The notes beneath the pieces were generated by a model, which did not search any database, was not told the DNA's origin, and saw only the letters and a list, made by a program, of their open reading frames with translations. Source: a virus. Taken from it: 64,000 nt of DNA. This document shows, one piece after another, positions 45,479 to 54,088 of this stretch. The first letter of the stretch is position 1, and the number at the start of each line of letters is the position of its first letter. Both the position numbers and the translations under genes were made by a program. The DNA lies in the IMG/VR virus record IMGVR_UViG_3300037859_000002, positions 47,212-111,211 of that record; one strand, written 5' to 3'.

Positions 45479-46789
45479 ATGACGCAGTACACGTTCCCGA
45501 CCATCAACGCGGCCGTCGATGACGGTACCGACCTGGCGGGCTTTCTCAACGGGCTCTGGTCGGCGCTGCGGACCATGAATTCGGGGACCGCGCGCCCGAC
45601 CTATCTGACCGAGGGCGTGTTCCTCAAGAAGCCGAGCGGTAGTCTCAGCCAGCTCGTCTTCTGGGATGGCGCGGTCGAGACCGTCTGGATGCAGGGCGAC
45701 CCGGGCACGGGCACCTACACCGTGCAGCTGGGCTCCAACTCGGTCGGCAGCGCCCAGCTGCAGGCCGGGTGTGTCACGACCGCGAAGTACGCGACCGGGA
45801 GCATCCCGAACGCTGCGGTGCCCAACAACGAGATCGACGGCGGCAAGCTCAAGGACGGGACCATCGTGGCCGCCAAGTATGGAGCCGCGAGCATCCCGAC
45901 CGCGGCCTACCAGAACCTGTCGATCACGGCGGGCAAGCTCGCGGCCGGCGTCGCTGGAGAGGTCAACACCGCCAGCAATGTCGGTGTCGGCACCGGTAAG
46001 TTCGTGCGTGACAAGACCGGCACCAACATCAACGTCCGCAGCCTGCGTATCGTCACCAGTCTGACGCCGCCGCCGCCAGTCGCCGGGGGCCAGATGGTGA
46101 TCAGCGGGCTGACCGTCGTGCCCAGCGTTTCAGGTGATGACGTGGTCCTGACTTTCGGCACCACATGGGCAGAGATTACGGTCGCGCCTCCGCCCGGCGG
46201 CGGTGGTGGCGGCGGCGGCGGCGGCACCTGCTTCCCACCCGGCACGCTGGTGCTGCGCGCCGATGGCGCATGGGTGCCGATCGAGACGATCAGGCCAGGC
46301 GACTTCATGGTCGGCGCCCATGGCGAGATCAACGAGGTGCTCGCCATCGACGTTCCCAAGCTTGCGGGCCGCGCGCTCTGGCGCATCAACGGTTACCATC
46401 TGACGACCGCCGAGCATCGGCACGTCACCGAGAGGGGGTGGGCGTCGATCAGCCCAGATGATTGCTGGGCCGAGCACATGAAATGGTACCCGGTGATGAT
46501 GGCCGGTGGTGAGATCGTCGATCGCCAGCTGGTGAAATTCACGCGGACCCCAATCGAGACCATGGTGGTCGGCGACCGCCTGCTTCGGCATGACGGCACG
46601 CACGAGGCGATCTCGACGATGTGGGCCGAGCATGGGCACGCCTCCGACATGAACGTCCATACGCTGGTCATGGGGGGGAGCCACACCTTCGTCGCCAATG
46701 GCTTCGTCGTCTCGGGCTGGGCTCGGGATGACGACTATGACTACGAGACCTGGACGCCGATCGGCGGCGATATCAAGGGCAGTCCGTGA
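45479..46789 (+). CDS. tail fibre-like protein with C-terminal Hint domain
   Basis: short fibre repeats, Pro/Gly linker, CFPPGTLV, TAEH, HTFVANGFVV. Confidence 0.8.
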   Translation: MTQYTFPTINAAVDDGTDLAGFLNGLWSALRTMNSGTARPTYLTEGVFLKKPSGSLSQLVFWDGAVETVWMQGDPGTGTYTVQLGSNSVGSAQLQAGCVTTAKYATGSIPNAAVPNNEIDGGKLKDGTIVAAKYGAASIPTAAYQNLSITAGKLAAGVAGEVNTASNVGVGTGKFVRDKTGTNINVRSLRIVTSLTPPPPVAGGQMVISGLTVVPSVSGDDVVLTFGTTWAEITVAPPPGGGGGGGGGGTCFPPGTLVLRADGAWVPIETIRPGDFMVGAHGEINEVLAIDVPKLAGRALWRINGYHLTTAEHRHVTERGWASISPDDCWAEHMKWYPVMMAGGEIVDRQLVKFTRTPIETMVVGDRLLRHDGTHEAISTMWAEHGHASDMNVHTLVMGGSHTFVANGFVVSGWARDDDYDYETWTPIGGDIKGSP

Positions 46790-46897
46790 CGTCACGAGAT
46801 CGTGGCTTCGGTTTTTGCGCCCCCGGCGCGGACGGGCGCTCCGCCCCTCGGCTATGAGGGCGGATCACATCGATATGGGTTCTGATCGGGGGGCGGG

Positions 46898-47341
46898 ATG
46901 GCGCTGCTGACGTTCAACCCGCAGGTCAATCCGAGCTACCCGGCTGAGCGATCGACCCAGGCGAAGGTCAACATCGTTCAGTTCGGTGACGGCTACAACC
47001 AGCGCAGCACCGATGGCCTGAACTACCTCACCGACCGCTGGATGCTCACCTGGGAGACGATCACCGCGGCCCAGGCGCGCACTCTCGATGCCTTTTTCCG
47101 GGCGCACGTGGCCACGGCCTTCCTGTGGACGCCCTTCGACGAAACCGTGGCTCGCAAATTCATCGTCGACGGCTCCTGGCGCTTTGGCTTCACCGGACCG
47201 ACGACGCGCTCGCTGAGCGTCACCTTCATCGAGGTCTTCGACGCCACCGACCCGGTCCCGACCACCGATACTTTCCTGGTGAACGTCGCCAACGATCGGC
47301 TGCTGGTGAATAGCGGCGGCGACCGCCTGCTCTGGAGCTGA
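46898..47341 (+). CDS. lambda gpM-like distal tail protein
   Basis: VQFGDGYNQRSTDGLN, AFLWTP. Confidence 0.88.
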   Translation: MALLTFNPQVNPSYPAERSTQAKVNIVQFGDGYNQRSTDGLNYLTDRWMLTWETITAAQARTLDAFFRAHVATAFLWTPFDETVARKFIVDGSWRFGFTGPTTRSLSVTFIEVFDATDPVPTTDTFLVNVANDRLLVNSGGDRLLWS

Positions 47342-47344
47342 AAC

Positions 47345-48304
47345 ATGGCCGACAAGCGCGCCGACGAACTGAACCCCCTGGCGACGGTGGTGCCCACCAC
47401 GCACGACATGCTGGTGCGCGTGGGCACCGAGACCCAGCGCGCGTCGATCGCCTCGTTCCTTGCATCGGCCGCCTTGGCCGGTACGGGTCTGATCAGGACG
47501 GTCGGCGGCACCGGCAACCTGACGTTCTCGATCGACACGCAGGATCCGGCTACGCTGGCGGCGCTCTCCACCATCTCGTTCTCGACCACGATGCTCGGGG
47601 TCGACACGGGCGAGATGAAGCTCGTGGACGTGCAGTTGCTGGCGAACAAGGCGCGTGAGACCCAGACGGTCGACATCACGGCCGCTACCAACCTCACCAG
47701 CACCCACCACGGCCGCACCCTGCTGGTGAAGAGCAACCAGACACTGCAGGGGATGCTCGCCCTCGCCGACGGCTTCTCATGCCGGATCGTGCATGACGGC
47801 GGTGTCGGCACCGTCTCCGTCGAGGCGGGGGTAACGCTGGTGGCCCCGGCGGGCGCCGCGACCGCCGCCAGCCGCGGTTCGTCGATCAACGTGATGAAGC
47901 TCACCATCGCCTCGGTGCCGACGCTGTTCGTGCTCGGCGTCCCCGGCACGGCCGTCGCGGGCATGAACATCGCGGTCGTGGGCACGACCATCAGCTCGGT
48001 CGGCACCGCCGATGCGATCAACACCCAGTCGGGCACGACATACACCATCGTCGCCGGCGACAACGGCAAGACCCTGGTGTTCACCAATGCTGCCTCGGTC
48101 ACGGTCACCCTACCAACGGGGCTCGGCGCGGGCTTCGTCTGCGCCGTCATCCAGGCCGGCACGGGTCAGGTCACGATCAGCCCCTCGAGCACGACGCTGA
48201 ACAACCGCAGCGGCCACACCAAGACCGCGGGCCAGCACGCGGCCATGCGGCTGCACGCCACGGCCGCGAACGTGTTCAACCTCGCGGGCGACACGGGCGC
48301 CTGA
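47345..48304 (+). CDS. virion/fibre-associated protein
   Basis: NTQSGTTYT..DNGK..VTLP..QAGTGQV module. Confidence 0.7.
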   Translation: MADKRADELNPLATVVPTTHDMLVRVGTETQRASIASFLASAALAGTGLIRTVGGTGNLTFSIDTQDPATLAALSTISFSTTMLGVDTGEMKLVDVQLLANKARETQTVDITAATNLTSTHHGRTLLVKSNQTLQGMLALADGFSCRIVHDGGVGTVSVEAGVTLVAPAGAATAASRGSSINVMKLTIASVPTLFVLGVPGTAVAGMNIAVVGTTISSVGTADAINTQSGTTYTIVAGDNGKTLVFTNAASVTVTLPTGLGAGFVCAVIQAGTGQVTISPSSTTLNNRSGHTKTAGQHAAMRLHATAANVFNLAGDTGA

Positions 48305-49200
48305 TGTCGGTCCTGCCGAGCCTGATGGCGATCTTCAAGCCCCTGGGGGGCGCGCCGCCGCCGCCGAGTGGGCTGGGCAAGCAGTTGCGCGGCACGGGCT
48401 TCCTGAAGGCGACGGTGACGCTGGGCGTGCCCGTGGGCATCACGCTGCCGAACGTCACGTCCGGCACGCTCCTGGCCTTCTACGACTTCACGCACGCGAG
48501 CTTCGAGACCGGCCGGGCCGCAGACGCGCTGACCGTCTTGGATCGTGGCACCAACGGCTATCACATCACCCTCGATGATGCGGCCGCGTATGTGCCGACG
48601 GAGGATCTGACCGCGATCGGCGGCGGGCGCCGCAGCCTGGTCTGGAACACCGCGACGGGGAACCTGCCGCTGCGCAACATCGTGTTCTCCAACACGATCG
48701 CGACCAACGCCACGGGCTTCACCGAGGTGACGGCCGTGCGCTGGGAGAACGTTGGCAACAACATCAACCCGGGCAGTCTGGGACGCGCCCAGCGCAACGG
48801 CGACACCGGCACGTTCAATCGGACCGGCCTCGTGGTCGGCTACTCGGCCGGCTTGAACGTCACCGGCACATGGGCCGGCTCGAGCCAGTCGAGTGCCGCG
48901 ACCCAGAACAACGTTGGTACGGGCACCCACGTGCTCTCGACCCGCACGGGCAAGGGCGTGGCCAGCGAGCTGCGCACCAACGGCACGATCACCACCGCGG
49001 GCTCGACCACGACGCAGAACATCTCGACCACCGGGGGGCTGAACATCGTGCTCGGCGGGGCCTGGCGGAACACCGGGTCGGTGACACCGCGCCAGTACCT
49101 TGTGGCCAGCGCGATCTTCGCGGGCCGCCTGAGCGACGGCGACCTGGCGGCCGTTCGAGGCGTCATGGCCACGGCCGCCAACGTCACCATCACGGTCTGA
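48304..49200 (+). CDS. putative lectin-like virion protein
   Basis: Thr/Gly-rich beta-type sequence; position. Confidence 0.55.
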   Translation: MSVLPSLMAIFKPLGGAPPPPSGLGKQLRGTGFLKATVTLGVPVGITLPNVTSGTLLAFYDFTHASFETGRAADALTVLDRGTNGYHITLDDAAAYVPTEDLTAIGGGRRSLVWNTATGNLPLRNIVFSNTIATNATGFTEVTAVRWENVGNNINPGSLGRAQRNGDTGTFNRTGLVVGYSAGLNVTGTWAGSSQSSAATQNNVGTGTHVLSTRTGKGVASELRTNGTITTAGSTTTQNISTTGGLNIVLGGAWRNTGSVTPRQYLVASAIFAGRLSDGDLAAVRGVMATAANVTITV

Positions 49201-49209
49201 GGCGCAGGC

Positions 49210-50814
49210 ATGCCCAAGCTTCTCGTTCTGAACCACGGCCAGAGCCAGCTCCGCTTCTTCTACCTGGGCAACGAGACCGTCGAGATCGGCCAGGCGGCCT
49301 CGCCCCCGACGGGCAACACCAAGATGTATGACGCGCTGGTCGCCCGCATGACCGGCTGGTCGGTCGTGGTCGGCAACAGCGGCGCGGCCAACACGAGCTT
49401 CCTCGACGACTGGGTGGTGCCTGAGACGGCCGGCGACGCGGGCTTCACGGTCAACGCCACGGACTTCTTCACCGTGGTCAGCAACCTCGTCTCTGCCAAC
49501 CCGGACACGACCAAGGTGGCGGTCAACCACGTCGTTCAGACCCAGGACTGGAAAAACAACCTCCTGACCCCGACCTACGGCGCCCGATACATCGCGGCGA
49601 TGAAGAAGTTCGAGACCAAGATGACCGCGCTGCTGGGGGCGCTCCCCTGGATGTGGGGCTACTGCCATATCGGGGAGCGCAACGCCTCGGTCGATCCCGA
49701 CAACATCACCGACGCGCGCCGGTTCATCAACGCCATCGCCGGGGTCGAGAAGCACCCACTGGTCAGCGCCTCGGACCGGATCAACCGCTTCCGCATCCTG
49801 ACCCAGCCTGGCATCTGGCGCAGCAGCCGCACGACCGCCAACGCCGCCTCCAACAACCCGCTGGGAACCCCTGGGGACTTCACCCACCAGGGGGTCTCGG
49901 GCTCGCGCCGGCTGGGCAAGGAGATGGGCCACGAGATCGCGCGCTGGGCCGGCGGCACGGTCGAGAGCACCATGGGCCACCCACGCTGCACCGCGGCCTG
50001 GAAGATCAACGACACGAGCTTCAAGGCCCGCTTCTTCATCACGCCCGGCTCGGTGCTGAAGACCGAGACGCCGCTCGCGATTCCCGTGCAGATCAGCGCC
50101 AACATCATCGGTCAGAACGCGGGTGAAACCCTGGGGCCGGTGGTGCTGACGCCGACGGCGCTCAGCATCGACAACACCAGGGCCGCACAGGGGATCGCCG
50201 AGATCACGTGTACGATGTCGGCGCCCATGCCGCCGGAGGCATACCTCTATTTCGATGCCGAGCTGCTGGATTATGTGCGCGTCGGCGAGCTCGGCACCAC
50301 CCCGGCCGAGCGCAAGCTCTGCCTGCTCTACGAAGACGCCAGCCCCGGCGCCGTGCTGAGCGTGGCCGCCGATTTCGCGGACATCGCCAGCCCCTATGTG
50401 CCGATGCCGGTGATGGCCACGCACGCAATCCCATTGCGCGACGGAGATCCTGACGTGTCAGCCCTATCCGACTACGCCGAAGCCCTGTGCATGAGCACCC
50501 TGATGACCGGCACCCGCTACGCGGCGCTGGGCACCGGCAGCTCAGACACCGGGTTCACCGAATTCACGGGCGGCGGATATGCTCGCGCCTCGGGCAGCTT
50601 CACCCTGGTCGGCAGCCAGGCGAGCAACACCGCAGCCCTGGTGTTTCCGAGCCCGACGGCCGACTGGGGGATCGCGACCCACATCGCCGTGTTCGATGCC
50701 TCTTCGGGCGGCAACATGATCTGGCACGGCCCGACCGAGGCTCCGCTGCAGATCAACAATGCCGACCCGGCGCCGCAGCTGGCGGCCGGCCAGCTCATCC
50801 TGAGCATCAACTGA
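49210..50814 (+). CDS. putative SGNH-like virion protein fused to a structural module
   Basis: HGQS near N-terminus, DFTH, C-terminal EFTGGGYAR module. Confidence 0.5.
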   Translation: MPKLLVLNHGQSQLRFFYLGNETVEIGQAASPPTGNTKMYDALVARMTGWSVVVGNSGAANTSFLDDWVVPETAGDAGFTVNATDFFTVVSNLVSANPDTTKVAVNHVVQTQDWKNNLLTPTYGARYIAAMKKFETKMTALLGALPWMWGYCHIGERNASVDPDNITDARRFINAIAGVEKHPLVSASDRINRFRILTQPGIWRSSRTTANAASNNPLGTPGDFTHQGVSGSRRLGKEMGHEIARWAGGTVESTMGHPRCTAAWKINDTSFKARFFITPGSVLKTETPLAIPVQISANIIGQNAGETLGPVVLTPTALSIDNTRAAQGIAEITCTMSAPMPPEAYLYFDAELLDYVRVGELGTTPAERKLCLLYEDASPGAVLSVAADFADIASPYVPMPVMATHAIPLRDGDPDVSALSDYAEALCMSTLMTGTRYAALGTGSSDTGFTEFTGGGYARASGSFTLVGSQASNTAALVFPSPTADWGIATHIAVFDASSGGNMIWHGPTEAPLQINNADPAPQLAAGQLILSIN

Positions 50815-50815
50815 G

Positions 50816-52147
50816 GTGCCCTACGACGCACCCCAGTGGAAGCCCGGATTCCTGGGCATCCAGTTCGACCGCGAGAAGCTCTGGTCGCGCGGCTATGCGT
50901 CCGATGCCTGGTCGCTCCTGAAGGCCCAGGGCGTCGACTTCGTCCGGGGCACCCACTACCTGTGGTCGCCCGAAAGCACTGGCCTCTATGACGCCTACAA
51001 GACCTCGGTGAACTTCTGCGAGTGGAAGGTCGTCTCGGTCCGGCGCAGCACCAACGTCTCGACGCCAGAGCGGATCGTGCTGCAGCTCGATGGCGGCAGC
51101 TACATCCACAAGGCCGGCGAGGTGATCAGGCTGAACCAGCCGATCTCGTATGACGGGTACACGCTACCAGCGAACACGGACATCACGCTCACGATCGACA
51201 GCTCGGTCAACGACGTGATCATCATCAACACGGGGTCGGCGCGCGCTGACCTGGGGGTGCTGAGCGTCACGGCCGGCACCTGGATGCTGCACCGAAACTT
51301 CTGGCGCCAGGGCACGTCGATCGCGCGCTATCCGTTTGGCACGATGGTCGGCCAGGTCGATGCCATGCTTGCCGCCGGCCTGGCCTTCTACTGGGGGGGG
51401 CAGCATTCCAACCTCCGCGACCGGGTGGTGCGCTGGGGCGAATCCATCGTCCACGAGATCGAGAACGCCGGCTACGCCTACCTGGCGGCCAAGGCCTGGC
51501 CGGCGAGTAAGGTCGCCTTCAGCACCGAGAACGAGCCCGTGTGGCTCTACACCGACAACAATCCGACAGAGCAGGCGCAGCGCTGGCTCGACTACCTGCC
51601 GTTCGTGCGCACCCAACACGCGGCGCTCCGGGCGCTCATGCCCGATCACACGCTGATCTACGGCTACCCGGCCTACAACGCCGCCTATGGGCTGCGCGAC
51701 TTCGCCCACCCGTTGAGCGGCGATCGCAACACGATGGCGACCGCACACTTCTACCCCTCGAACCAGGGATCATGGAATTTCGGGCTCACCGTCGAGAGCG
51801 AGTATCAGACGGTGATCTCGCGCATCAACGAGCAGCAGCTGCGGCACGGTGTGCGGGTCATCATCGGCGAGCACGGCTGGATCCTGGCCGACGTGGTGCT
51901 CAAGGCCCAGCGCCTGGGCTGGGCCGCCAAGGCGGCGCGACAGAAGGGCATCCCGATCTGCTTCTGGGCCTTCGACGAGTCGGGCTACTCGCTGGGCGCG
52001 CTCGCGAACAGCGGCACCGGATGGCGGGCCACGGTGAGCCAGCAGATCATCGATGCCGTGCGGGTGCCGACCAAGACGGGCAAGGCAATGACCAAGGTTT
52101 CCGGTGGCAAGGTCCTGTTCTTCGAGGGCCGGCCCGTCTCGGTTTAG
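50816..52147 (+). CDS. GH5-like glycoside hydrolase
   Basis: ENEP, HFY, IGEHG and FWAF clan GH-A motifs. Confidence 0.75.
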   Translation: MPYDAPQWKPGFLGIQFDREKLWSRGYASDAWSLLKAQGVDFVRGTHYLWSPESTGLYDAYKTSVNFCEWKVVSVRRSTNVSTPERIVLQLDGGSYIHKAGEVIRLNQPISYDGYTLPANTDITLTIDSSVNDVIIINTGSARADLGVLSVTAGTWMLHRNFWRQGTSIARYPFGTMVGQVDAMLAAGLAFYWGGQHSNLRDRVVRWGESIVHEIENAGYAYLAAKAWPASKVAFSTENEPVWLYTDNNPTEQAQRWLDYLPFVRTQHAALRALMPDHTLIYGYPAYNAAYGLRDFAHPLSGDRNTMATAHFYPSNQGSWNFGLTVESEYQTVISRINEQQLRHGVRVIIGEHGWILADVVLKAQRLGWAAKAARQKGIPICFWAFDESGYSLGALANSGTGWRATVSQQIIDAVRVPTKTGKAMTKVSGGKVLFFEGRPVSV

Positions 52148-52161
52148 GTGGAGATCACACA

Positions 52162-52302
52162 ATGATGGGATTGCAGCTCAGCCTGGTCACGGCGGGCAAG
52201 CCCGGGGCGCCGCCGCCACCGCCGGCGGTCGACCTGCTCGTGACCAGGGCGGGCGACAACCTGACCACGCGCGGGGGCGACCAGATGGTCGAGAGGAGCT
52301 GA
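52162..52302 (+). CDS. small virion protein
   Basis: GGAGA RBS; C-terminus resembles the tail of the gpM-like ORF. Confidence 0.5.
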   Translation: MMGLQLSLVTAGKPGAPPPPPAVDLLVTRAGDNLTTRGGDQMVERS

Positions 52303-52305
52303 TCC

Positions 52306-54087
52306 ATGGCCAACAAGACGATTCCGCTTCTCGATCCTGTTGTCCTGACCCGCGCTTCCGAATTCTGGGGCGACAACGGCACCGCGGACGGGCGCGAGAG
52401 CATCGCCGACATCCTGGCGCTCGCGCTACAGGCCGACATCACGGGGCTGAAGACGACCGACAGCCCGCAGTTCGCGGCCATCAACATCGGCGCCGCCACG
52501 GACACGACGATCGCGCGCGTGAGTGCGGGCGTCATCTCGGTCGAGGGCGATACGGTCGTGACCCTGACGGCGACGCAGACGCTGACGAACAAGACCTTCA
52601 CGGCCCCGGTGCTGGGGACCCCCGGGTCTGGCAACCTGTCGAACTGCACGGCGCTGCCTGTGGGGTCGCTCACGGGTGACCTGCCGTTCTCGAGTTTCGT
52701 GCAGGCCGGTTCCGCCGGCTTCGTCGGCGCCACCGGCGCGGGTGACTACGCGCACCGCACGATCGTGCAGACCAAGGCCGACCTCTCAATCGACGATCTG
52801 GTGACGCTCTCTGGTGTCGCCGACGGCGCGGTCAACCTGGGCACCTTCACGGGCACGACCATCGCGGACAACGTGACGATCAAGGCGGCGCTCCAGTCGC
52901 TGGAGACTTCGCTCGAGGTCCTCTCCCTGGATGCGGAGATCACGGCGATCGCGGGCCTGACCAGCGCGGCCGACCGCCTTCCCTACTTCACCGGGAGCGG
53001 CACCGCGGCGCTCGCGACCTTCACCGCCGCGGCGCGCGCGCTGGTCGACGACGCCGACGCGGCGGCCCAGCGAACCACCCTGGGACTGGGGACTGCCGAC
53101 AATCCGCAGTTCGCGACCATCGAGCTGGGCGCCGCCACGGACACGACCCTGGCGCGGTCAAGCGCGGGCAACGTGTCCGTCGAGGGCAACGTGCTCTACC
53201 GGGCCGGTGGCACCGACGTGCCTGTCTCCGATGGCGGCACCGGCCTTTCGGCGACGACGGCCTATGCCGTGCTGTGCGGTGGCACCACAACCACGGGCGC
53301 GCTGCAGAGCGTCGCCGGCCTGGGCACCAGCGGCCAGGTCCTGACCTCGAACGGCGCGGGCGCGCTGCCGACCTTCCAGGCTGCCAGCGGCGGTGGCGCC
53401 GCGGGCTTCGCCAGCCTGCGGGTGGTGACCGCCACGGGCAACATCACCAACAGCGACAGGAACGGCGTGGTCTACCTGAACACCGCCAGCGCTGGCCAGA
53501 CCGCGACGTTGGTGCGTACGAGCTTCACGGCGCTCGACCGCCTGCTGGTCGAGAACATCGGCAGCGCCGCCTGGACCGTCAGTGCCGGCACGGATGGGTT
53601 CAACACCGCGGGCAACGACAGCTTCGTGCTCTACCCCGGTGAGGGCTGCTGGATCACCTATGAGGGCACGGCCGATCCCTACTGGCGCACGGCCATCCCC
53701 GGCAGCCTGACTCTTGCGGCCAACCAGGTGATGGTGCTGAACAACGCCGGCACGGCCTTCGAGGCCCGCACACAGAAGCCCGAGTGGCGCCTGACCCTGC
53801 CGATCACGGCGAACGGTACCTATGCGCTGGGCCTGGAGGGCGACCTCCCGGTCAACTGGGTGAACTGGAAGTGCCGCACCGTCGGCGGCACCGCCAGCAT
53901 CCAGGTGCGCAAGAACGGCACGGCCGTGAACGGCTTCGGCTCGGCGGTGGCACTGACCAGCACGGCTGGCGACACGGCCTCCACGGGCACCAGCGGCGAT
54001 GGCGCCTACTGGGATGTTGTGGTGACCTCGGCGTCATCGCTGACGGGCATCGCGCTCGTCGCCGAGGGTGTCAGGACCGGTAACTGA
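52306..54087 (+). CDS. tail fibre protein
   Basis: duplicated PQFA.I..GAATDTT.AR module; QTLTNKT; GQVLTSNGAGALP. Confidence 0.8.
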   Translation: MANKTIPLLDPVVLTRASEFWGDNGTADGRESIADILALALQADITGLKTTDSPQFAAINIGAATDTTIARVSAGVISVEGDTVVTLTATQTLTNKTFTAPVLGTPGSGNLSNCTALPVGSLTGDLPFSSFVQAGSAGFVGATGAGDYAHRTIVQTKADLSIDDLVTLSGVADGAVNLGTFTGTTIADNVTIKAALQSLETSLEVLSLDAEITAIAGLTSAADRLPYFTGSGTAALATFTAAARALVDDADAAAQRTTLGLGTADNPQFATIELGAATDTTLARSSAGNVSVEGNVLYRAGGTDVPVSDGGTGLSATTAYAVLCGGTTTTGALQSVAGLGTSGQVLTSNGAGALPTFQAASGGGAAGFASLRVVTATGNITNSDRNGVVYLNTASAGQTATLVRTSFTALDRLLVENIGSAAWTVSAGTDGFNTAGNDSFVLYPGEGCWITYEGTADPYWRTAIPGSLTLAANQVMVLNNAGTAFEARTQKPEWRLTLPITANGTYALGLEGDLPVNWVNWKCRTVGGTASIQVRKNGTAVNGFGSAVALTSTAGDTASTGTSGDGAYWDVVVTSASSLTGIALVAEGVRTGN

Positions 54088-54088
54088 G

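Noticed and set aside
46228-46789. Canonical splicing intein
   Set aside because: Lacks the terminal His-Asn plus nucleophile and has almost no C-extein
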